From positions 1,639 to 65,638 of the forward strand of contig JAYELZ010000256.1 in assembly GCA_034717835.1 (NCBI GenBank): a stretch of DNA of 64,000 nucleotides, given 5' to 3'. Positions 48,576 through 57,631 of this stretch are shown here, piece after piece. Origin of the DNA: Chloroflexota bacterium (GTDB taxonomy: Bacteria; Chloroflexota; Anaerolineae; B4-G1; SLSP01). The notes below the pieces were generated by a model, which saw only the letters and a list, made by a program, of their open reading frames with translations, did not search any database and was not told the DNA's origin. Within the stretch, counting starts at the first letter, position 1, and every line of letters starts with the position of its first letter. Both the position numbers and the translations under genes were made by a program.

Positions 48576-49124
48576 ATGACCCAATTCACCCGCTTAGCTA
48601 TTCCCGAAGTTATCTTGATTGCCCCGCGCGTCTTCGCCGATGACCGGGGCTTTTTTCTGGAAACTTACCAACATTCTGCCTATGCGGAGTACGGTATCCC
48701 GCACCTGGTGCAGAGCAATCACTCGCACTCCAGCCGCAATGTGCTGCGTGGTTTGCACTATCAGCAGGCTCCGTTGGCACAGGGTAAATTGGTTACGGCG
48801 ATTTGCGGAGAGATTTTCGATGTGGGTGTCGATATTCGACACGGTTCCCCCACCTACGGACAATGGGTCGGCGTACGGCTTTCGGCGGAAAATCACCGAT
48901 TGCTCTACATCCCGCCGGGCTTTGCCCACGGCTTCTGCGTCTTGAGCGCGGAGGCGGACGTGGTCTATCAAGTGACCGTTGAATACTCGCCCGCCCACGA
49001 CCGGGGCATTTGCTGGGACGATCCGGAGATTGGCGTGGAGTGGCCGATTACCTCTCCATTGCTCTCTCCCAAAGATGCGGCGCAGCCATTACTCGCCGAG
49101 GCGGACAATAATTTCAGGCTTTAA
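48576..49124 (+). CDS. rmlC: dTDP-4-dehydrorhamnose 3,5-epimerase
   Basis: 182 aa with the RmlC cupin (FADDRGFFLETYQ, RGLHYQ). Confidence 0.85.
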   Translation: MTQFTRLAIPEVILIAPRVFADDRGFFLETYQHSAYAEYGIPHLVQSNHSHSSRNVLRGLHYQQAPLAQGKLVTAICGEIFDVGVDIRHGSPTYGQWVGVRLSAENHRLLYIPPGFAHGFCVLSAEADVVYQVTVEYSPAHDRGICWDDPEIGVEWPITSPLLSPKDAAQPLLAEADNNFRL

Positions 49125-49130
49125 GTCAAA

Positions 49131-49196
49131 GGTCTAACGACTAACGACTACCTGACTAACGACTAACGACTAACGACTAACGACTACCTGACTAGC
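49131..49196. repeat. Heptamer tandem array (CTAACGA units interrupted by CTACCTGA) immediately upstream of radA (copy B)
   Basis: gtCTAACGACTAACGACTACCTGACTAACGACTAACGACTAACGACTAACGACTACCTGACTAgc. Confidence 0.7.
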
Positions 49197-49209
49197 TCAA
49201 GGATTGATC

Positions 49210-50586
49210 ATGGTTAAAACAGAGACTCGTTGGATTTGTCGAGAATGCGGTTGGAGTTTCATCAAGTCAATAGGCAGATGCCCGCATTGTGGGGCCTGGA
49301 ACTCGCTAGAGAAGACAATTATTCGAGAGGAGCATCCCGCTGCTCGCGTGATGGACCGTGGAGGGAGTACCCGGGCGCATCCTAGGCCGCTCAGTCAGGT
49401 GGATTTGAGCGGGCATACCCGCATTCCCATCGCCAATGCTGAGTTCTCTAGAGTGTTAGGCGGAGGCTTGGTTCCCGGTTCCATTGTGCTGATTAGTGGC
49501 GAACCGGGTATCGGCAAATCCACCCTGCTGCTTCAAATCGCTGCGCTCCTGGGGGATGCACAACACCCCGTGCTCTACGTCTCCGGTGAGGAGTCACCGG
49601 GGCAGCTCAAACGTCGGGCCGCCCGCTTGGGGATTACGAGCGATACGATCCAGGTATTGTCGGAAACCAATGTGGATTTCGTACTCCAACAAGCTAGTTT
49701 GCTCCCCACGCTCCAAGTCTTAATCATGGATTCCATCCAAACCGCCCACACCAGCGAGTTGGATTCGGCGGCGGGCAACGTGAGCCAGGTGCGCGCGTGC
49801 GCCTCCCGGTTCCAACGGTGGGCCAAGAGTCAGAATGTCCCCGTTTTTCTGGTGGGACATGTCACCAAATCTGGTGTGATCGCCGGGCCGAAGGTGCTGG
49901 AGCATATCGTTGATACTGTGCTCTACTTGGAAGGCGACCATTTCCACACATACCGCCTTCTGCGCAGCGTCAAAAACCGCTTTGGGGCCACCTCTGAAGT
50001 GGGCGTCTTTGAGATGCGTGAGGAGGGATTGATCGAAGTTGAGAATCCCTCAGAGATGTTTCTGGCCGAACGCATGGTCAACGTGGCCGGTTCCGCCATC
50101 GCCGTCACCATGGAAGGCACGCGCCCGCTCCTGGTAGAAATCCAGGGGCTGGCGAACACCACCAGTTTCGGCAATCCCCGGCGTACCGTCAACGGCTTGG
50201 AATTCAATCGTTTGCTTTTAGTTATCGCCGTGCTCAGTCGCCGCGTGGGGCTGCACACCTCCGACCAGGATATTTTCGCCAATGTGGTGGGCGGACTGCA
50301 AATTGAGGAGCCGGCGGCCGATTTGGCCGTGGCGGCGGCGCTCGCCTCCAGCATACGTGATCGGCCTGTAGCCGCAGACCTGGCGCTGGTGGGCGAAATC
50401 GGTCTCTCCGGTGAACTGCGCTCCGTGGGGCGGCTGGCAGCGCGACTCAAGGAGGCTGCGCGTCTGGGCTTCAAAACCGTCGTTGTACCGCGCAACCTGC
50501 GCCGCGAAAAACTCCGCGCACCTGAAGGACTTAACGTGGTCGCCGTGCGCTCCGTCCGCGAGGCGCTAGAGGTCGCGCTGACTTAG
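49210..50586 (+). CDS. radA: DNA repair protein RadA/Sms
   Basis: N-terminal C4 zinc finger (CRECG...CPHCG), RecA-like ATPase (GEPGIGKSTLLLQ), and a Lon-like C-terminal domain. The ATG at 49210 has an AAGGA RBS. Confidence 0.9.
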   Translation: MVKTETRWICRECGWSFIKSIGRCPHCGAWNSLEKTIIREEHPAARVMDRGGSTRAHPRPLSQVDLSGHTRIPIANAEFSRVLGGGLVPGSIVLISGEPGIGKSTLLLQIAALLGDAQHPVLYVSGEESPGQLKRRAARLGITSDTIQVLSETNVDFVLQQASLLPTLQVLIMDSIQTAHTSELDSAAGNVSQVRACASRFQRWAKSQNVPVFLVGHVTKSGVIAGPKVLEHIVDTVLYLEGDHFHTYRLLRSVKNRFGATSEVGVFEMREEGLIEVENPSEMFLAERMVNVAGSAIAVTMEGTRPLLVEIQGLANTTSFGNPRRTVNGLEFNRLLLVIAVLSRRVGLHTSDQDIFANVVGGLQIEEPAADLAVAAALASSIRDRPVAADLALVGEIGLSGELRSVGRLAARLKEAARLGFKTVVVPRNLRREKLRAPEGLNVVAVRSVREALEVALT

Positions 50587-50685
50587 CCAGCGTTACGCCC
50601 AGCTGTGTCACGCCGAGTGTAATCTCTGAAATCTGCGTTAGTAGGTTTGTCGATTTGCTATTTGCCATTTTCGAGGAGGTCAACT

Positions 50686-52245
50686 ATGAATGTTTCCAAA
50701 ATTAAGTATCCGGTTTTGATTGCGGCCAGTGGTCTGCTCTTGGGCTTGTTGGGGGATTGGCTCTTCTATGCTCAACCGTGGGGTATCTCCGTGCCCATCT
50801 TCAGTTTGTTGCTCTTGATTGCGCTCTTTGGATTGGCGTTGGCGGAGCGAGCACAACTCGTCAAGGCCAATTTCTGGTTGAGTGGGGCGCTACTTTTCTT
50901 GACGGTGATGTCGGCACTCCGTGCGGCGCCTTTGTTGCGTGCGCTGAATATCTGCGGCGCGTTGCTCCTTTTGAGTTTCCAAGCCTATGGCCTGCGCAGT
51001 TTGCCCCTCAGTACGCTCAATTTAGGTGGCTACATCGGGGTCTTCTTCGAGAGCATTTCCCTTTCGCTGGTACTACCTTTCCCCCTGCTTAAGCGGAGCA
51101 ACGAGTCCTTGAAGAAATATGGCGGGAGCCGGAAACTCTTGGGGCGCGGGCTGGTGGGGTTGCTCATCGCCATGCCGTTGCTCATCATCTTTGGGGTGCT
51201 TTTTGCCTCCGCCGATCCGCTTTTCAAAGAATTTGTCCGCGATATCTTTAGCCCTGACTTGATCGGGCGTACATTTCTCACCCTGGGCTTGGGGTGGGTG
51301 GTTGTGGGCGGATTGACCTACGCGCTCACCCGTAGCGCCCAGCAGCCGCTAGCGGTGGAATCTCCCCACGCCGCGCCGGCGGACGGCGACACCACGGATG
51401 CTCCGACAGAATCCCCCTTCGATATTCGCTCTGCTCTAGGCGCAGTAGAGGCGGCAGTGGTGCTCTTCAGCATTGACGTGCTCTTTGGGATTTTCGTCGG
51501 TATCCAGTTCGCCGCCCACTTCGGCGGGGAAGCCTTCCTCCAGCGCCACGACTTGACCTATTCCGAGTACGCGCGACATGGCTTCTTCGAGCTCTTGGTG
51601 GTTTCGCTGCTCACGTTGGCTGTGATTCTGGTGCTGGATTTCATCACCTGCCGCCCGCGCCCCCGGCAACATCGCATCTTCTTGGCCGGCAGCGCGCTAT
51701 TGATCGCCCTGACGCTCATCATCTTGGTCTCGGCTTTCCAACGCTTGAACCTTTACGAGATCACCTACGGTTTCACCTGGTTGCGCCTGCTGCCCCACGT
51801 CTTCATGATCTGGCTGGCGGTGCTCTTCGCGCTCTTTCTATGGATGCTCTGCACGCGCCGCACGCGCCTCTTCGCCATCGCCGCTCTGGTGGTTGCGCTC
51901 GGCTTTACGGTGACGTTAGACTTGCTCAATCCAGAGGTCTTCATCTTCCGGCGCAATTTGGAACGCTACCAGTGGGGCCTGGAGTTGGATGTGGATTACT
52001 TGGGTTCTCTTTCGGAGGATGTCACGCCGCAGTTACTCACGCTCTTGTCCAGTGAGGACGCTGAAATCCGCCAAGATGCGGGCGGTCGGCTGCACAGTAA
52101 CCTGAATAAATTAGATGCGCGTCAGGAGCGCGCCGGTTGGATGGCCTATCATTACACTATCAATCGCGCTTACCGGCTCTTGGATAGTCGCCGGGCGGAA
52201 ATCGAGTCGTTCGAAATTCCTGAGTATTGGGGCTGGTACGATTAA
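50686..52245 (+). CDS. Polytopic membrane protein of unknown function (DUF4153/DUF4173-like)
   Basis: About 520 aa with more than 10 predicted TM helices. GAGGAGG RBS. Confidence 0.55.
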   Translation: MNVSKIKYPVLIAASGLLLGLLGDWLFYAQPWGISVPIFSLLLLIALFGLALAERAQLVKANFWLSGALLFLTVMSALRAAPLLRALNICGALLLLSFQAYGLRSLPLSTLNLGGYIGVFFESISLSLVLPFPLLKRSNESLKKYGGSRKLLGRGLVGLLIAMPLLIIFGVLFASADPLFKEFVRDIFSPDLIGRTFLTLGLGWVVVGGLTYALTRSAQQPLAVESPHAAPADGDTTDAPTESPFDIRSALGAVEAAVVLFSIDVLFGIFVGIQFAAHFGGEAFLQRHDLTYSEYARHGFFELLVVSLLTLAVILVLDFITCRPRPRQHRIFLAGSALLIALTLIILVSAFQRLNLYEITYGFTWLRLLPHVFMIWLAVLFALFLWMLCTRRTRLFAIAALVVALGFTVTLDLLNPEVFIFRRNLERYQWGLELDVDYLGSLSEDVTPQLLTLLSSEDAEIRQDAGGRLHSNLNKLDARQERAGWMAYHYTINRAYRLLDSRRAEIESFEIPEYWGWYD

Positions 52246-52318
52246 CCGTTCGGGAATGGCAGTTAGGTTATTTTGACAGTTTCAAGAGCGAGCTGCTTGA
52301 AGAAAGGCAGTTCACCGC

Positions 52319-52394
52319 AAAGACGCCAAGCCGCTAAGGAAAAATAATTCCTGAAGGTTAAATTTTAACTCTTGGCGTCTTCGTGCCTTAGCGG
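52319..52394 (+). promoter_or_regulatory. Interleaved inverted repeats (X AAGACGCCAAG / Y CCGCTAAGG ... X' CTTGGCGTCTT / Y' CCTTAGCGG) in a 391-nt leader; candidate pseudoknot or alternative-pairing RNA element
   Basis: X 52320-52330, Y 52331-52339, X' 52371-52381, Y' 52386-52394. X pairs with X' (11 bp) and Y with Y' (9 bp), and the two pairings cross. Confidence 0.35.
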
Positions 52395-52636
52395 TAAAAT
52401 TCTTAGTTTTTGTAGTAGACTTAGGCTTGTGCTGAGAAAGTATCTTTTATAAATCAAGGGTCTCTGGGACTAGGCGGGGCAAGTGCCTCGCGACGAAAGT
52501 TTTTCACCCCAGATTACCCGGATTACACTGATTTTCACTTTTTCCGTGCTAATCTGGAGTTAATTTTAACGCGACCCCGCGAATTCTCGAAGAACCTAAA
52601 TCAATAGCAACTCAAATATCCTTTAAGGAGGAAACA

Positions 52637-52849
52637 ATGGAAGAATTAATCAAGTTAGTCATGAAGAAAACCGGTTTACCTGAAGCTGCTGCCAAGAACG
52701 CAGTGGAGACGGTAGTCAACTATCTCAAAGAGAAATTACCCGCACCTCTGGCCGGGCAAGTGGCTGGTGTACTGGCCAACGAAGCGGCCAGCGGGCAGAT
52801 CGAGAATCTGACCGCCGGATTAGGGGGGATGTTCGGGAAGAAGAAATAG
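52637..52849 (+). CDS. Small (70 aa) hypothetical protein
   Basis: AAGGAGGAAACA RBS, with a strong terminator immediately after. Confidence 0.55.
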   Translation: MEELIKLVMKKTGLPEAAAKNAVETVVNYLKEKLPAPLAGQVAGVLANEAASGQIENLTAGLGGMFGKKK

Positions 52850-52870
52850 TTGTGCAATAGATTAGCATTC

Positions 52871-52899
52871 TAGCCCGGACTTAATTGTCCGGGCTATTT
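52871..52899 (+). terminator. Rho-independent terminator (10-bp perfect stem TAGCCCGGAC/GTCCGGGCTA)
   Basis: TAGCCCGGACttaattGTCCGGGCTAttta. Confidence 0.6.
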
Positions 52900-52941
52900 A
52901 GTAGTAATGTTCTGCGAATAGAAATATCCCCGGAGAGACAG

Positions 52942-53457
52942 ATGCCCGAAATCATGCAATATCTCCTCCAACGTAGAAGTATACGTAAGTACACTTCCCA
53001 ACCGGTAAGTAGAGAACTCCTCAGGCAACTGTTGCAGGCAGCTATGGCTGCTCCCAGTGCCAGCAATAGCTGTCCCTGGGAATTCATCGTGGTGACGGAA
53101 GCCGCGACATTCGCACAGTTGCGCCGTAAATTTCGCACCGCTAATTACAATGCCACCGCAGCCATCGTCATTGCTAGCAACCTGGATTTGGCCCGCAACG
53201 CTGCCTCCAAACGCTTTTGGGAGCAAGATTGCAGCGCGGCCACCGAAAATATCCTCATCGCCGCCGCCGGCTTGGGTCTGGGCGCAGTCTGGATTGGCGT
53301 ATATCCCCTGAAGAGTTTTATCAAGCGTCTGGCGGACGTGTTGGCGATACCTCCACAGGTCACGCCGTTAGCGATGGTCTATCTGGGTTATCCGGCAGAG
53401 GAGAAACCGGCGCGCACGCAGTACGATGCGCAGCGCGTCCATTGGGAGCGGTATTAG
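52942..53457 (+). CDS. Nitroreductase-family oxidoreductase
   Basis: RRSIRKYT...PSASNSCPWEFIVV signature. The ATG at 52942 has a GGAGAGA RBS. Confidence 0.75.
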   Translation: MPEIMQYLLQRRSIRKYTSQPVSRELLRQLLQAAMAAPSASNSCPWEFIVVTEAATFAQLRRKFRTANYNATAAIVIASNLDLARNAASKRFWEQDCSAATENILIAAAGLGLGAVWIGVYPLKSFIKRLADVLAIPPQVTPLAMVYLGYPAEEKPARTQYDAQRVHWERY

Positions 53458-53558
53458 CCGGCTAATTCTCAAGCCGCATCTGGTATAATATGGTTTGTCA
53501 GCCGCATGGCTTTTGAAATTAGCTAGAGTTGGTTACGTACTTACACCTCAGGACCTAG

Positions 53559-55865
53559 ATGGCCAAAAAACGTCGGAAGAAAAAACGCAAGCCTTTAATC
53601 AAACTTAGCCGAGATCAATGGCTGGACATCGGCGGGTATTGCTTGCTCGCGATATCCCTTCTGACCCTGCTTAGTCTCGCCTCGCCAGAACAAGGTACAC
53701 TGACTACGTATTGGCTCGCGTGGCTGCTGAAAACCTGCGGTTGGGGACTCTACATTACCCCGTTATTTTTTGGTGGTCTCGGATTATGGTTAGTGCTCCG
53801 GCACTTTGAAACACACTCACTTAAGCTCACCGCTCGGCAGTTGGTGGGAATTGGGATAGGGTTCTTGATGCTGCTGGCGACGTTGCATTTCATCGCTACC
53901 TATTTTGTTTGGCCGGCAGAAGATATCACTAGCTTGATTCGGAAAGGGCAGGGTGGGGGCTATGTGGGCGGAACCTTCCTTAAAGGGTTGGTTAATGTTC
54001 TAGGGCCAATTGGTGCTCTGAGCAGTTTGCTGCTGGGCTGGGTGGGAGTGATTGTTCTGGTTGCTGAAACTTCACTCGTCGCTGTTTCGAGTTACTGGGG
54101 TGATTTGCTCTCCAGTGTTTTTCACCGGGGGAAATTGCTGGTGGCCGCTACCGCGAAAGAGCCGCTGGGGGTGGAGGTCACGCGGCAACGTCAAGCAACT
54201 GCTCCTGTCACCGCCAGAAATTCGGCTGCGCGCCGGCGCAAGCCCAAATCTCCACCGCCTGCGGAAGAACCGGCGCTCCAAATCAATACTCCAGCTGCTC
54301 AAGAAGCAGAGACCGAGATTATAATCCCGCGGCCGCCGGGTTCAGAGTGGCGGCTCCCGGCCATTGCTAAAATTTTGACGTCCAGCACCGAGCAGAGCTA
54401 TAGCCTCGACTTGATTCGCAACCAAGTCCGTATCATCGAGGAGACATTGGTCAGCCTGGGCGCACCGGTCAAGGTGTTAGAGACCAATACCGGGCCGGTA
54501 ATCACCCAATTTGGCGTCGAACCCCTCTTCCGCACCTCGCGCAGCGGCAAGCGGACCAAGATCAAGGTAAGCAAAATTGCCTCGTTGGCAGACGATCTGG
54601 CCTTAGCCCTCACCGCGAAATCTATCCGCATTGAAGCTCCTATCCCCGGTAAGAGCCTGGTCGGTATTGAAGTCCCCAACGTGGAGTCGGCAGTGGTAGG
54701 GTTGCGGGAGGTGATGGAATCTAAAGCCTTCGCGCAATTGGAGAGCACTCTCCGCATGGGCTTGGGGCAGGATGTCTCTGGGCAAGCCGTCGCCGTCGAC
54801 CTGCAGGCCATGCCTCATCTGCTCATCGCCGGGGCGACGGGAGCCGGGAAGTCCGTTTGCATTAACGCTATTATCAGCGCGCTTTTGCTCCAGAATACCC
54901 CGGAGACCTTGCGTCTGCTGCTCATTGATCCCAAACGGGTGGAATTGACTCCCTATAATCAGCTACCGCATCTCTTAGCGCCGGTCATTGTGGACGTTGA
55001 GAAAGTCGTCCCGGCGCTAAAGTGGGTCATGCGCGAGATGGATAGTCGCTACCGCCGCTTTGCCAGCGTGGGGAGCCAGAATATCGCCGCTTTTAACCGC
55101 CATGCGGCAGAGCACTTGGAGGAGGAGCTGCTCCCCTACATCGTCGTAGTGGTGGACGAATTGGCCGATTTGATGATGAAATCTGCCGAGGATACGGAGC
55201 GAGTGATCTGTCGCCTGGCCCAAATGGCGCGGGCTACGGGTATTCACCTCATCATCGCCACCCAGCGGCCCAGCACCGACGTGGTTACGGGATTGATCAA
55301 GGCCAACTTCCCCGCGCGGATTGCCTTCGCCGTGGCCTCATCCGTAGATTCGCGGGTGATTTTAGATACGCCCGGCGCGGAGCGGTTACTGGGGAGCGGC
55401 GATATGCTCTTCCAGGCTCCCGACGTAGGGCATCCGTTACGCTTGCAGGGGACTTTTGTCTCCGACCACGAGATTGAGCGGTTGTTGGAGTATTGGTTCA
55501 GGAACTCCAAGCCTGGTGCCACTGTGCCAGAAGCTGCCATTCCCACGCCCCCCGTAGGATTGCACGACGCGCTGGTCCAGCCGGCGCTCTTCCCCGAATT
55601 TGATGATCCTTCAGAGCGCTTCGCGGATGAATTGGTACCCGCTGCCGTAGAAATATTGTTGGCTGAAGATCGCGCTTCCATCTCTCTGCTCCAGCGACAT
55701 CTGCGGATTGGCTATACACGCTCGGCACGCATCATCGATCTGCTCACCGAACTGGGCATTGTCACCGAGGATGTAGAGAAGGGGCAATCGCGTGGCGTGA
55801 ATAGAGAGGGGGCCACGGCTCTGTTGCAATCATTGGAAACCGCCAATTCCGGGGCTACAAAGTGA
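53559..55865 (+). CDS. ftsK: DNA translocase FtsK/SpoIIIE
   Basis: N-terminal TM segments, a Pro/Ala-rich linker, a motor domain (GATGAGKSV Walker A, VVVDELADLMM Walker B) and a C-terminal gamma winged-helix. Confidence 0.9.
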   Translation: MAKKRRKKKRKPLIKLSRDQWLDIGGYCLLAISLLTLLSLASPEQGTLTTYWLAWLLKTCGWGLYITPLFFGGLGLWLVLRHFETHSLKLTARQLVGIGIGFLMLLATLHFIATYFVWPAEDITSLIRKGQGGGYVGGTFLKGLVNVLGPIGALSSLLLGWVGVIVLVAETSLVAVSSYWGDLLSSVFHRGKLLVAATAKEPLGVEVTRQRQATAPVTARNSAARRRKPKSPPPAEEPALQINTPAAQEAETEIIIPRPPGSEWRLPAIAKILTSSTEQSYSLDLIRNQVRIIEETLVSLGAPVKVLETNTGPVITQFGVEPLFRTSRSGKRTKIKVSKIASLADDLALALTAKSIRIEAPIPGKSLVGIEVPNVESAVVGLREVMESKAFAQLESTLRMGLGQDVSGQAVAVDLQAMPHLLIAGATGAGKSVCINAIISALLLQNTPETLRLLLIDPKRVELTPYNQLPHLLAPVIVDVEKVVPALKWVMREMDSRYRRFASVGSQNIAAFNRHAAEHLEEELLPYIVVVVDELADLMMKSAEDTERVICRLAQMARATGIHLIIATQRPSTDVVTGLIKANFPARIAFAVASSVDSRVILDTPGAERLLGSGDMLFQAPDVGHPLRLQGTFVSDHEIERLLEYWFRNSKPGATVPEAAIPTPPVGLHDALVQPALFPEFDDPSERFADELVPAAVEILLAEDRASISLLQRHLRIGYTRSARIIDLLTELGIVTEDVEKGQSRGVNREGATALLQSLETANSGATK

Positions 55866-56434
55866 TCTACCATCTCTATCGTGATGCTTTTTCTGAAGTT
55901 TATACCTACCGCTATCGGTTAACTGATGCGGAGGATAAGCTTCAAATGACGGCGCGTTGGCCGGGGACCGGGCTTAAAACTCGGCCTGAGACTATCTTTT
56001 TCAGGAAAGCCAACGGTGACCGGATAGCACATCTCAATTGGGAGGATCGTAGTTGGTGGCGAGGGGATCGCTTTTATCTCTTTGTGGAACATAACGAGCA
56101 AACTATCGCCACGATTGAGGAGCATTGGACGATTGTAGACCGTATGTTGCTACACCTGCCACGCTACCGCGTCACGCTCGCCGATGGGAATCAAATCGAG
56201 GCGCGGGGCAGCCGTTATAGCGAGCAGTTTTATGAGATTTTTGTGCTGCCCGCCAATTCAGTAGAAAAGGATGGCGCTTTGGGCATCTGGCTGGGAGAGA
56301 TAGTACATCCCCCGTCCGGACCTACCTACGTCGTGCGCACCGAATCACCACTCTTGACCGCTGCGCCCTTGTTGCTAACGGCTACTATCGTGGTCTTGGA
56401 CTTGTGGGGGTTGAAGAAGTCTCAAGAGGGATAA
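55862..56434 (+). CDS. Hypothetical protein with a C-terminal TM helix, translationally coupled to ftsK (GTGA overlap)
   Basis: The GTG at 55862 overlaps the ftsK TGA stop. 190 aa with a hydrophobic C-terminal tail. Confidence 0.5.
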   Translation: MIYHLYRDAFSEVYTYRYRLTDAEDKLQMTARWPGTGLKTRPETIFFRKANGDRIAHLNWEDRSWWRGDRFYLFVEHNEQTIATIEEHWTIVDRMLLHLPRYRVTLADGNQIEARGSRYSEQFYEIFVLPANSVEKDGALGIWLGEIVHPPSGPTYVVRTESPLLTAAPLLLTATIVVLDLWGLKKSQEG

Positions 56435-56464
56435 AGTATTAGAAACTGTCAGGTAGCTAGCTCT

Positions 56465-56764
56465 TTAATCATCCTTTAGCTTAGGCCAACTGATCTTGCG
56501 GTCAGGATCAGTTGGCGATTGGACCAATTGTTGCATTGCTTGGCGGAGTTGTTCCGTGGTGTTATCCGGCAATTGCTCACCTAACGATTCTATGGTTTGG
56601 GTTTCCTCTGGCGTCAACTCACGGCCTGATGCGGCTTCTAGCTGCATCAGGGCTAGTAAGAGTGCCTTTTGGTCACCATCTAAACTTTGACCGCCTTCTT
56701 TGCGCAACCACTCGGCTTTGCCTGGACGGAAGAGTTCTTGTTTGTCAGCCGTAGAATCTGCCAT
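56465..56764 (-). CDS. Small acidic hypothetical protein (~99 aa)
   Basis: An AAGGAG RBS precedes ATG 56764 (MADSTADKQ...). The ORF track's upstream start at 56791 overlaps the RBS. Confidence 0.45.
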   Translation of the reverse strand: MADSTADKQELFRPGKAEWLRKEGGQSLDGDQKALLLALMQLEAASGRELTPEETQTIESLGEQLPDNTTEQLRQAMQQLVQSPTDPDRKISWPKLKDD

Positions 56765-56866
56765 ATTTACTCTCCTTCCATGATTTTTCAAACTAAAAAC
56801 TGGTTTCGATTAATCTATTTCTAATTGGATGAAATTCTACTTTAATTATAATTGCAGGTGCGAAAA

Positions 56867-57565
56867 ATGAAAGTAACTTTTCCCATTACAGATGTGCGTG
56901 CTTGGCTCTTTGACTTGGACGGGACGTTGATGGACACTGACGACCAGGCAGTTGCCAGTTTGGCGCAGCATTTCCGCTTCTTGGGTGAGGAGCGAGCTGC
57001 CCGGCTAGCTCGTCGCGCTGTGATGTTCGGCGAAACTCCCATGAATGGCGTGGTCACGATGTTGGATATGGTCGGGTTGGATACCTTCTTCTTTTACTTA
57101 CGGCGCCGGTTGCGCCGCCGGCAGTCAGCTCTCTTCTCGCTCATCCCCGGGGTGGAGCAAGTGTTGGCGTACCTACACGCTGAAGGAACTCCGTTGGGTG
57201 TAGTTACCACCCGCCCGCGTCGGGATGCGTTCGCTTTTTTGACACAGCATGAGCTGACGGAATATTTCTCCGTGGTGGTGACGCAAGAAAGCACTTACCG
57301 TCTCAAGCCGCACGCTGAACCGGTACTTTACGCAGCTCAAGAGTTGGGGCTGCGGCCAGAACAATGCGTGTTGGTGGGCGATACGCCGGTTGATATCCTC
57401 TCGGCCAAACGGGCCGGCGCGTGGCGGGTAGGTGTGCTCTGCGGCTTCGGGGAACGTCCAGAGTTGGAACGCTGTGGAGCGAACTTGATTCTGCCCTCCA
57501 CGGCCGACCTGTTGGGGATACTGAGGGGAAGCGGCAGCGCGAGCAGAGGGGCGCGCGGAAAGTGA
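56867..57565 (+). CDS. HAD-superfamily hydrolase (phosphoglycolate-phosphatase-like)
   Basis: Motif I FDLDGTLMDT, motif III K, motif IV GD. Confidence 0.75.
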   Translation: MKVTFPITDVRAWLFDLDGTLMDTDDQAVASLAQHFRFLGEERAARLARRAVMFGETPMNGVVTMLDMVGLDTFFFYLRRRLRRRQSALFSLIPGVEQVLAYLHAEGTPLGVVTTRPRRDAFAFLTQHELTEYFSVVVTQESTYRLKPHAEPVLYAAQELGLRPEQCVLVGDTPVDILSAKRAGAWRVGVLCGFGERPELERCGANLILPSTADLLGILRGSGSASRGARGK

Positions 57566-57631
57566 GGGTTTCCAACGCCAATACCTGGGTCTTGAAGCAG
57601 ACTTTAGACTATTTTCAGGGGAGGAAATACG

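Noticed and set aside
49131-49196. Possible CRISPR array: regular short repeats
   Set aside because: The units are 7-8 nt with no spacers of unique sequence. No cas genes are nearby and no repeats of 24 nt or longer occur. It is a microsatellite-like tandem repeat, not CRISPR.
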